A stretch of DNA of 64,000 nt from Ptychomitrium polyphyllum (Eukaryota). The notes beneath the pieces are model-generated. The model worked only from the letters and a program-made list of their open reading frames with translations. It had not been told where the DNA came from and did no database searches. The stretch's first letter is position 1, and the number at the start of each line of letters is the position of its first letter. Made by a program: the position numbers and the translations under genes. This document shows positions 53,082 to 64,000 of the stretch, in pieces. The stretch spans positions 6,262,001-6,326,000 of the forward strand of contig OZ316775.1 in assembly GCA_973851085.1 (NCBI GenBank), read 5' to 3'.

Positions 53082-54164
53082 TTTCTTCTTCCCTTTGTCA
53101 CTCTCGGTCGTTTCTTAACACCAGCTCGCTGTTATTGATGAGGTCCCTGAATTGATTGTATTATTTTAATCAGCCAGGCTACCTCAAATCCGCACAAACT
53201 ACTACTTTTACCCTTATCCGCCGCAGACACACAAACTACACTACACCTCAGTTTAACGATCGCCACTTTTCATCCCGAGTCCCCAGCATCCTCTGTCTCT
53301 TCTCTGGTGTTCCGTTTCCAATTTAATTGGTTGCCTTGGTCATTGTCCGCCACCGAATACCAGGCTTGAATGCCAGGCCGCACAGCTCCTCCCTCGTTGG
53401 TTGACTCCGCTTGCAGAACGCCGTTTGCAGGAAAAGGTATGATTTGGACCCTTCTTTTCTTTTTGTGTCGGGTGGAGCAAAGAGGGTGGATTCTCCACAG
53501 CTTGTTCGTGTTCGTTCAGACCACGCCGTGATTTCAGCCACGTTTATACTAACTTTGGTGGTTGAGATTCCAGGGGTTGCTGTGTTAGGTTATGTAAGGT
53601 GGGGTTGCAAGATGGATGCATGTGGATTGTGAGATTGGGCGTGTCTGATTGTGCGTCTCTGCTTTACTGGATTGTAGTAGCCATCACTGTCTGGTGGCGC
53701 TCGAAGTTTTGTCTGTTGATATCGGTCTTCAACCGTGAAGGTGGTTTTGAGGCTTGTAGCAAGTCAAATGGCAGAGTATGTTGGTAGGACGCTATCTGTG
53801 TCAAGATTGTGGGAGATTTATTAAGGTTTTGGAATTGTGTGGTGAGTAGGTCGCTAAGTTGATGTTTAACTAGGCCGCCTTGACCTGAGAGGTATATTTT
53901 TGGTTTCGTGGTTTGGTGGGGAAGTTGAAATTGCACTTTCCAGTCGAAGCTTCCAATCGAAGTTCGATGATCATTGACATTGCGCAGGATTGATCATGAC
54001 TCTTGGTGGATTGTCGCCGCTACTGTGAGATCATTAACTGTCTGGTGATTCAACATTGCTGATTAGCACTTTGGTTCTTATTTCGTGCTCAGGAGGGTTG
54101 CAAATTCAATGGTCTTTGGTGGTGAAGTGTAGAAGATAACGAAGGCCAGAAGCAGCTTAGCGCT

Positions 54165-56522
54165 ATGGATTTAGATGAGCTGGAGAGAGCGGCGACCTGG
54201 ATCAATAGAGCCAACATTGTGGTGGCTTTCACTGGAGCCGGCATCTCAGTGGAATCAGGTGATTCTGATGTGATAGTCTACGACTTTAGGAATAGAATCT
54301 CCAAATTCTTTCAGAAGAATGCAAGTAGTTGATTCTAGGCTAGTAGGTCGGGCAATGATCATTTTCTTCAATAAGAGGGGGTCTGCATTAAACATAGGTT
54401 TGCTCCTCCGGATGCTCCATATTGCCATTCTATGTGTATTGTTTCATTGTCAATGTGAATTTTAGCTTATGTATAGCATTCAACTGTTCCGATCCACTGC
54501 CAGATGTATTGTATTTTTCATTGGGTATAATCATTAGCATGATGATGAACTGGTTTCGATGTTTATAATGATCTTCTTGGATTTGTATGGAAGAGTGCAG
54601 ACCTTATTCAATGTACACTTCAACCGATGGGCTCTCTCTCTTTTGATGCATTTGATTGCAAGCCTGTAATCAGTTTGCCCTCTGTATGCATTCTTACAGG
54701 TATACCAGATTTTCGCAGTCCTGGAGGTCTCTGGAGCAAGTTTGATCCATCAGTCTATTGTGATTTTCATACCTTCAACGCAAAGTATGTTGCCGGTTTT
54801 CAGGTCCTCTTTACATCTCGTCTCAAGTCTTTCTAGACCCTTTGCATACCTTGGAACTGGAATGTTTTGCAGTTAATCTGTCTACCTTGTCTTATTTTGC
54901 AAATTGCTTGTCCAATCGTACGGGCAACACACAAGTGCAAATAACCAGGATTGGTACACATGCCCTGCTCTTGTTAGTAAGGGGTCTATTTGGCTAGAAA
55001 GAACGTCAGTTAACAATGATGTTGAATCATTGTATCAGTAGCGAGTCTGCGTAAGCATTGACCTTGTCTTTTTGCACAATCGTTGCTTTTTTTCTGTAGG
55101 CTTCCGAATTACAGCTGTATTTTCGTATGGTTAATTTTTCCATGAGTAGTAATGTCTGGTCATGTATTGGTGTTCTAAACTGACAGCTTGATATTCTGTT
55201 ATGTAGGCCAGAACTCTTTTGGGAGATGGCAAGGGAAATGCAATCAACTATAGCTAAGGCGCAGCCAAATCCAGCACACATCACCCTTGCAGAAATGGAA
55301 AAACATGATCTCGTATCCTGTGTCATTACACAAAATATTGACAACCTCCATAAGGTCTAAACCTTCATAAGATTAGATATCTTATCTGTTTTATTTTCAG
55401 TTGTGGACTCCAAACATCTAAGATGCCATGTAGAAATTTACATCGAGGCTAAGAGAAGTTCTGACGATATGCATGACAACAAGGACTGCTATAATAAGGT
55501 TTTATAATTATTTAGTAAACGTCTTCACATGCTTGCAGCTAGCAGGAAGTACTTTCGTGTTTGAGCTTCACGGTAATGCAGCCACATCGACATGTATGAT
55601 GTGTCATGAACAAATGCCCACCCTCGAAGCAATCGGACAAGTCCAAGACCAGGTGTGTCCACATCTTTCTCATTAACCAAGAATGACGGACCCCTCTCCA
55701 TTTCGGATTTGCTTTGCAACCTTGTTAATTGTTTATCATGTGAGAATTCTTGGTAGGACATGTGCTCTGCTAATCCTGCTTGATTTTTCCGGTCTGCTTG
55801 ATTCATTCAGAGGGCCTTCGGCTTTCTTCTGGAATAGGAATTCTTGTATGCAGTAATATATTGGCATGCGCTTTTTGAGAAATCTATTTAATACAAATTG
55901 CAACCTCTTGTTCTCACAATTGACACCGTATATGCGCAGGATTCTAAGGCGCCAATGTGCAAGATCTGCCATGGGGTAATGAAAATGGATGTCGTTCTAT
56001 TTGGGGAAGCACTTGCGAATTCAACTCTTGAAGGAGCTATGGCTGCGGCCATGACTGCTGATGTGGTCCTGGTTGTTGGCACATCACTTACGGTGTGAAC
56101 TGTTCTTTTGCATTACTAAATTTACACCTGTAGCTGTGACATTAGACGAGGTTGTGTTAATTTCCTTCTTTATCTGTTACTTTCACGAGGAGTATATATT
56201 GCTTGTTTGGAGGAATCAAACAAGCAGTAGTGAGTACATAAGCGCCCTTGTAGCATATTTTCTGCAGAAATGCTTAATTTATTGCTGTCCAAGTACACAA
56301 TCTCATTGACTCAGTTTTTAATGGAAATTTCTGTGTTAGGTGTCACCAGCCGATATGGTTGTGAATTTTTGTCGAAGAAGAAACGGGAAGGTGGTTATAG
56401 TGGATCCTAACCCTAGCCTTAAACCCCAGGGCGACCTGCTGCTCTGTGGTCAAGCTGGAGTAGTGCTGCCTCAACTTCTACAATCCTGCCTTGCTAACCG
56501 CAATGTGTCTACTATTTCTTAA
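54165..56522 (+). CDS. NAD-dependent deacylase, Sir2/CobB family. Exons about 54165-54258, 54700-54784, 55207-55354, 55539-55652, 55940-56092, 56340-56522; possible extra terminal exon 57098-57241.
   Basis: TGAGISVESGIPDFRSPGGLW; AQPNPAH; VITQNIDNLH; ELHGN; Zn ligands CMMC and CKIC; DVVLFGE; VVGTSLTVSPA. All introns are GT-AG and in frame. Confidence 0.95.
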
Positions 56523-58256
56523 CCATTTACATATTCTTTCCTGATACATTAAAATTTCGAACGTAGTCTTTACAATCATGGTGGCTAGAGCAGTAGAAAG
56601 TTCTGACGAAATAGTGGATCTACAAGTGGTCAACGACTGCATGCTGTCGTTTTCGTGTGATTATCAGGGACAGGAAAGAGCCTGGAACACTTAGAGCAAG
56701 ACATTGCTCAGTCTTTTCTAGTAAATAAACATGGTCTTTCATTACGTTTGAAGAGACGTCACGAAACTTCATGATGGATAAAGGGAATGTCCTGTTTGGA
56801 TCTTTGAAATAAATTGTATAAAGGTGCACGGCGCCATCTGTAGGAAAATTTGTTTAGCTTTTTACTTCCTTGGGCCAGACATTGCTCAGCTACTAATAAA
56901 TAAAGTCCACCAATACATGGTCAGTTTCTTCTTCTAGCACGAATTCTTTTACAAACTTCCTTTTGGAGAACGAGCTTCTAGATTAAAGTCGCATTTGAGC
57001 AGTTAGCGTAGTGAATCTTTCATTTGGTTATACATTTTGACATTAATTGAATAGTTTGCTAAGCGTGTGTTCCTTGTTTGATGTTAATACTCTGCAGAAA
57101 GGGAAATCACAAGGAAAAGATCCTCTGCATAATATTGCTGAGATCAAAGATGATACGGCTGTGTTAGAAGCTCCAGAAAAGCCTCCGGAAACCCCACCAG
57201 TTCAAGAATCAAACGAAAACGAGCTACATCGTGAACGCTAACGTGTAACTCTGTCTCCGTAAAATCGGCTCCGTGGTACGTCTGAACTTTGACCCACCCG
57301 CTGACCATGATTTATGTATATTTATTTTTAAGGCAACATATGATTCTGGACTACCTTTCAAAGAAATTGGAAAAGCTTCAATTAGACTCAACTCGTAAAA
57401 GATCTAGCATTCTCACCACAATCCTGCTTTCAAGTGCCGTGAAATTGCTAACATGTATAAACCTAGCTTTCATAAGCTTTGAATATATCCACCTACAAAA
57501 ACAAGAAGTGTGTCAGAAACAAGCTGCTAAGAAAGAAGCCCACAAATTGAGTCATGGGAATACTCAGTAAACAACGAGATAATGTATTCTATGTCAAGTG
57601 ATTGCACGTTTCAGCTCAAGTCAGCATAGGTTAAAGTATTGCAGATGCAAACTTGATACCACTGTTGAATTGTCAGCCATTGCAATGGGAGAAACAGCCT
57701 AGAGTCGCTTGCAAGTAAAGTATGCCCTATCCGGAATAAATATTATGGATCAAGCGACTTGAATGCCCAACTACGGAATGTCAAACCCATTACCTTTCTT
57801 AAATAATAACGACGGATATAGTATGGTGCATGAACTTAGCACTATCAGGTCAAGGTCAGATCATAAACCATAAAATAATACTTTGCTTACCATAGTCTTT
57901 TTGTAGGAAGTGATCTCATCCTGGATAAGTCATCTTCACAATCCTAGTAACCGACCTCTAACCCCAACATGGGGTTAAGGCCTTGCTCTGATAATAAGCG
58001 TAGCTCGAGGTTCTTCTGAAGGAACTTGTGGTATTTGACTCCATGCTGAAAGCCCATGTATTTCGTTGCAGATCTGTACTTCTCCCCATTCACAGATGCA
58101 ACATTGATTTGAGGTCTAAGTGGGCCAATATGATCTTAAATCAATCATGAGCAAGATTCTTATGTTCAGCTACTTTCAGTCTTCAGTACTGCCCAGCAAG
58201 CGACAGTAACTCCTGGGTTTACAGCAGACTCTTCAATTTGTCTGGCTCAGAGTTCG

Positions 58257-61200
58257 TCACTTGTCACGTTTCCAATAGGACTTAGCTTTCTCTGAGCCTC
58301 TCTTCGCTGGCTTAGAGGGCTTCCTCCTTTGACTCTTGAGGTTGTTCACATCCCTTTGTCCTTCCACAACTTTGAGAATAGCTCTTAGTTTGGCGTAAGT
58401 TTTAGCATCAGGTAATTGACCCCGGTTCATCATTTCTCTATGGTACTTCAAAGCCTGGGTATGATCCCGAACGCGTAAGAACCCATAAACGAGGGTGCAA
58501 TACGTAAAGGAATCAGGAAGAAATCCTGCCGCTTTCATTTCCTGCACGATATCAGGTGCTCGAAGGTGACGCCCACCTCGCATATAGGAATTCAAAAGCA
58601 TATTGTAAACCATCAAATCCGGTTTATGTCCTTGGTTTTTGAACTCTTCAATCAGATCACGCGCCTGCTTAAACCGCCCTTGCTTTTGAAAAGCATCCAA
58701 AATTGTCATATACGTAATTCTAGTGGCCACACAGCCTTCCTTCTTCATCGTCTTCCAAACAGTGGTGACCATTTCTATGTCTCCCGCACGGCGGTATGAA
58801 TCTAATAAAGCAGTAAAAGTTTCCACAGTTGGACTAATCCCTTGTTTCTGCATCATTTCAAATGCCCTTGCAGCTTTCTCAGGCCAACGCCCTGTAGAGT
58901 AAGCGTTGATAAGAGCTGCGTAGGAATAAGAATTTGGTTGAATACCTCTAGCCTCCATTCGACTGAACACCTGTGCAGCTTGTTCAGTCTTTCCATCATG
59001 TCCGTAAGCACCAAGTAAAGTAGTGAAGGTCACCACATCCGGATATAAGCCCAAAGATTTCATTTCTTCGATCAAATCCTCAGCTACTGTGAATTGCTTA
59101 GATTCCAGGTAGCCTAAAATCAGTGCATTGTAAGTACCCACATTTGGTTGTAATCCCCTTTCTTGCATCTCAGTCATTAAGCCTTCAGCCTCTTCCAACT
59201 GGCCAGCCCTTCCATATGCATCGATAAGGATGTTGTAGATTACAATACTAAATGGAAATTTCAATTTCTCCATCTCAGTGGTAACCAATAAAGCCTCCTT
59301 CAATCGGCCTTCCTCACAGAAGGCCTTGATAAGCGTGCCAAAGACAGTGACACTAGCGGTGACACCCTGCTCAACCATGTCCTGATACAGAGCCCAAACA
59401 TCCTGTAATGAGCGGCCACCCTTAACTGCAGAATTCATAAGAATACTGAATGTGACAGCGTCTGGCTCATTCCCCAGCGTCTTCATTTTCTCTAATATGG
59501 GAGGGACCTCATCTTGCCTGGAATAAAAGCACAAAATCTTTGTAAGCACATCAAGAACCTCACAAGTTGATGAAGAAGATGCAATAGAGCAATTGGCTAC
59601 ACTAAACACTCTAAAAGAGTATTGGTCACAGTTAACCATATTCATAATTTGCAATAAATCTTAGAGTGCACTACGCCTACAGTAGTTTGCGATTACAACT
59701 CTTCCGCAACCAGCATATTGAGAAAACTACGGTTGACACATAAAAGCAAATGTTTTGGGTGACGAGGAGGAGCCAAGCAGGTACCCAATCATACTTGTTA
59801 CAGTTTGTAAGGCACGTTATCAACGTATTGTAGACCTGTAAAGAGTGAAACTGCTTATCCTCCGGCAGCATGCCGAAATAGACGAGAGCTTGATCTGGCA
59901 TTCCCATTCTACCGAGAAAGGCGAAAAGTAGTGAGAAGCTCCTGGAATCCCACAGGCAGGGATCATGTAACCGCATCCAGCGAAAAAATGATAGCACCTG
60001 ATCGGTCAGGTCATCTCCGCACAAAGCCTCTAAAATCAGGTTGGCCTGAATGTTGCTAAACTTATTCATAAACGGTGCAATATAGTCTTCCAGTACACGA
60101 TTCTTAGGTAGATTGTAGGCGATTTGTAAAACTTCCCTCATAGCGCTTGTCTCTGTCTGCTTTTCACTGCCCTGATTGACCGTCAAATTTGAAGCAGGAT
60201 GTAAGACCTTATTGTCAGGGTCTAAAGATTCTGAGCGGTAAAGTCCAGAATTACTAGAAGAGACACCATCTGGTTTCCTTACAGCCTTGTTGTATTTGAA
60301 GACCCTGCCTTCTTGCTTACTATCACGGTTGCCAGAGCGGGAATTCAGAAACTTTCTAAGCGGATCTTCACCATCAGCGGCATCTTCCTTAACTGATTCA
60401 GCACCGAAATGCGCATCGACGTCATTGTTGACAAAATTATCAAAATCATCCTCATCTTCAGAATCTGACCACATGTCAGACAACTTCACTACTTTATCAT
60501 TAAAGCCAGCAACCAATTTATCCTCGTTTTCAGCAATGTTGTCCTCCGTGCTCAACAAAGCGAATGGCAACTGTAACTCATCTTTGTCGCTGCCCTGTGA
60601 ATCAGAATCTTCACTAAAGCTTGGAACGTTACCAAGGACAATGTCACTTTCCAAATTTCGTGGAAAATCGCCATCTTCTGAAACCAGAGCCTCGTCCCCT
60701 TGCAAAGCATCTTTCACTGTCTGCTCTAAGTTACTCATTCCTAATCTGAACACCTCTTGTGCCATTTCACCCCGACCACCCTGCCTACCTTCGTAGGAAT
60801 TGGTTCTCTCATACACCCCCTTACTCGTAGCCCTAGTATACCTTAAACCAGTAGAATCCACATCACGAGCTACACTTTCACTATCTTTGAGCTCTTCCGG
60901 AGACTGCCATCTTGAGTCTGAATCCAGATATTCGTCATCATTGGCTGGATCAATCATTTTGATAAGCACCCCATATGGATTTATCCTAGGTTTAGGAACT
61001 ATCTGCCTATCCCTTGAAAAGACTCGGTTCGTGGGCTTCAAGCCTTTCGATTCCCTCGTATACTTAATCTTCGGCACCACAAACTCTGGCCTCACACGAG
61101 GCATTTCTGATCCATCAATCAGTGGTACATCCTCACCTGTCACCTGATCATCAGCACCTTCTGTTCTGACATCTTTCACATTCAATACCTCCAAGTGCTG

Positions 61201-61932
61201 GCTGACCTCGTACTCCCAAAAATCAAAGTCCTCATCAAGCGGCGTGATATCCCCCAATCCCACGTATAACCTCCCATCAATTGACCTGCAAAAATCCAAA
61301 GAAAGATGAACATGTTTTGCTTGCAGACCAATGTCGCGAAAAGAATAAAACTTTCAAGCGTATTCTGCAAGAACCATTTTACGTTTGTTTTTCCTCGTAG
61401 TCCTTTCAGCAAGATTTTTGGAACTCTCAGATGACATAACTACAAAGGATTTCTAGTTCATTACAAATATAGTGTCGGCTCCTAAAAGTGGAATTGCTGT
61501 TTACGTCGTCACAAACAGAACCGGAATATCAAGGAACTCTCGTTTGGCAGCAATTGTGTTTCTAGCTCTTCTCATGCAATTCTGACCTAGCTATCAGGGT
61601 TCAGGAGAATATAATTAGCCCTACACAGCAACAACAAAGCAAACAACAAAACAACCACGAGACGAACACAAATCCTAAGAGGCAATAGCCACAGAGATGT
61701 ACACCCACCTCCCTGCATTCGCCTCACGCCCTCCATCGCTGCTGCACTTCAACACCACCACGCCACCTCTCGCTCCTCTCCTACCCAAGAAACGAGGATT
61801 TCCCCACAAACTCAGATTCCCGAACCTTAGTGCAACATTGGAGCTCTCACTTGAGCAACCTCCACGCGCGCTCCAAAAACCCTGATAGCGACAACCTCCA
61901 TGCTGCAATCCAGCTGCAGCTCGAAGCTCCAT
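58257..61932 (-). CDS. P-class pentatricopeptide repeat protein, likely plastid-targeted, resembling Arabidopsis At5g50280/EMB1006. Exons about 61932-61709, 61285-59795, 59517-58257.
   Basis: Tandem 35-aa P motifs (VIYNILIDAYGRAGQLEEAEGLMTEMQERGLQPN etc.); FFRWMRLHDPCLWDSRSFSLLF pre-PPR block; basic C-terminus ending SYWK; long acidic N-terminal region. Orthology is from memory only. Confidence 0.9.
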
Positions 61933-62368
61933 TGCTTCGTTGACGAACTGAAGCTGAGCCACAACACTCTCAGACTCGCTTACACAGTAAACTATTTCAC
62001 AAACATCGCAACAGAACCTTACCAGAAAGATATCTAAAACTCATTTCAGAATATGAAAAACTGCTTTCCCATTCATTACACAATCACTAGACATATATAT
62101 GATACACTATGAGGACCACATCCTGAGGAACTGAACACACATCAGATTAAGCGAGAGAGAGGCAAGGAAGGGTTTTGGATTTCGTCCACGAAGAGATGCC
62201 TCTGAAAGAAGACGATTTTCGGTCCTGTTCTGGATGAAGATAGGATGAACTTGGAGAGCTTTGAAGGGCGAGGAGCAGGTTTTGTGAGATCATGTCCTGT
62301 CTTTCAGCTGCTTCGTGCTAAATCTGCAATCCTTACCTGCACAGAGAAAACCAGTTATGAACTCAAGG

Positions 62369-63207
62369 ATGGAGCTTCAAATTATCTCTGGCTTGCACCA
62401 GGGATTCTGTAACTTTCTAAGTCTTGGTAGTACCTTGAGGGCCAGAAGAGTTTCCAGCTCCGGTTTGGCACCCCTGTTGAGGAATTCAAGTGTGTCCGGT
62501 GGGTTGTTCGTTACAAGAAGTGGCAGGGGCGTGATGATGGTGAGCTGCACTAGCGAAGGGAGAGGAGAGGCGGAAGTGAAGAAGGTGGTTCTAAAAAAGG
62601 GGAGTGCGGTGGTGGTAACGGAGGCGCCTCCGCTGTTGAAAACCGCAGAACCGATGCCCATGCTGCGACCCAACAATGGACTTATCTGCGTCGGTGATGC
62701 AGGCCGGTAGGTGCTCGTCTCCCTCCTTGTGCATTCACAGTATTCTCCTGCTCGTTGTTGCAATTGCGGTGTTGAGCATTTCGTGATTAGAACGCAAGCC
62801 AGCCGTTCGCAACAAGCTCTCTCCCTGGATTCGCATTTAGAACTTTGCAGTTTGAAGTATTTGGGAACATTTTATTGAGAGCTCTTCCTGTTGCGCTTGG
62901 ATTCGTATTCAGGGTCAAAATTGTCAACATCTCGTGGGCAGTATATATCTTAATTCACTGATATTACATGAGTTTTATCAGTGATGTGGAAGCTCGTCGG
63001 CCGCTTTTCAACCCCTTGGAAAAGCTATGAAACCCTCAGGATTTTTTTTTCAATGCGCAATCTGCCTGTCTTTTGCTTGCGAACGGTATTGAATGAAACT
63101 TGTTGTTCAGAATACTGGATAGAAGACCCAAGGATACGTGGGCGGTGCGCTTTGCGGTAGGAGCGTACCTCATAGATCGCAAGTACTTCGAGCCGCTGGA
63201 ATTGTGA
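62369..63207 (+). CDS. CRR42: DUF3148/SipA-family chloroplast protein (CRR42, NDH assembly factor). Exons about 62369-62706, 63111-63207.
   Basis: Transit peptide, then EAPPLLKTAEPMPMLRPNNGLICVGDAGR|ILDRRPKDTWAVRFAVGAYLIDRKYFEPLEL*. An alternative in-frame ATG lies at 62357. Confidence 0.88.
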
Positions 63208-64000
63208 TTTAGTCGCTGCCCTACCATGCGGCATCGACTACCCCTCCATGGGTGATGATCTATTGATGTTTGTGAGGTTGTCTTGGTTGTGTTTCTAATT
63301 ATTGTTCAATCTTGAAAGAAGCCAACATGCATCGTTCAGTCAGGTTCAGCCATTGAACAACGTACTTGATGTGTAACAGAAGCATGTCTTTGCAGAAGCT
63401 AGAGAGATTCTGGTCACGTTCGGATCTGCACTGGACCTGTTCACTACTGGAAATATGTATTTTGATTCATTTCTAGCGTTGCCGACTGAACAACGGCATT
63501 GGCGCCCTCCCATCAATTGCAAGTAACATCTTCCGGTGAGAATTCTCAGTGGTTATACAGGTCCAATTGTTTAGAAGTATAGAGTGTAACTTGGGACAAT
63601 GGAACTGCTATGTCGCTGGAAAATGCTTTTGCGTTGAATATATTCTGCTTGTTTCAGCGTTCTTGTGAAAGCATGTGGGACTGATGATTTTTTCGCGGTG
63701 AACAAGATTTTCATCTATTTCTGTTTCTTAATTATACATTAGTTTTTGAATTGATACGTCATTGTTCTTAAGTTCTGCAGGTTGCCATCTTCCTAAACCT
63801 TCTCTCAGGAAGATAAATCTTGTCTTGAGGTGGTGTGCAATCTAGAGACTGCATGAGTTTCATATTTTGAGTCTCTGCAATTTTTTTGTGATGACATAGT
63901 CTGCAGGAAATGCAGAGTCGTGAAATCACATGCTTGGAATGTGAAGTAGCGAAGCCAATGGAGTTACCATTTCACATTCCCTTGTTTAGCTGAAGTCTCG

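Noticed and set aside
60287..61147. Ser-rich + strand ORFs
   Set aside because: Antisense to the acidic exon of the PPR gene.

Overview
Eukaryotic, intron-rich plant genomic DNA, most likely a moss (inferred from gene content, intron style and Gypsy LTR type). Two gene-dense flanks surround a ~27 kb AT-rich block. Left flank (1-19.6 kb): a cyanobacterial-type putative plastid protein with an internal duplication (+), a LOB-domain transcription factor (-), pheophorbide a oxygenase (-), OEP16 (+) and a CIB/BEE-type bHLH (-). Right flank (47.8-64 kb): an inositol-tetrakisphosphate 1-kinase (-), a compact prokaryote-like Sir2/CobB sirtuin (+), a P-class PPR protein resembling EMB1006 (-) and CRR42/DUF3148 (+). 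The central block (20.2-46.5 kb) has no long ORF. Hand translation of its GC-richer islands gives a colinear series of dynein heavy chain fragments on + (linker/DHC_N2, AAA1-AAA4, stalk, AAA5, C-terminal domain) with degenerate P-loops, stops and frameshifts. The block is interrupted by a Tc1/mariner relic, a Ty3/Gypsy relic and a pair of inverted LTRs. All exon boundaries and homology calls were made by eye; no database search was run.
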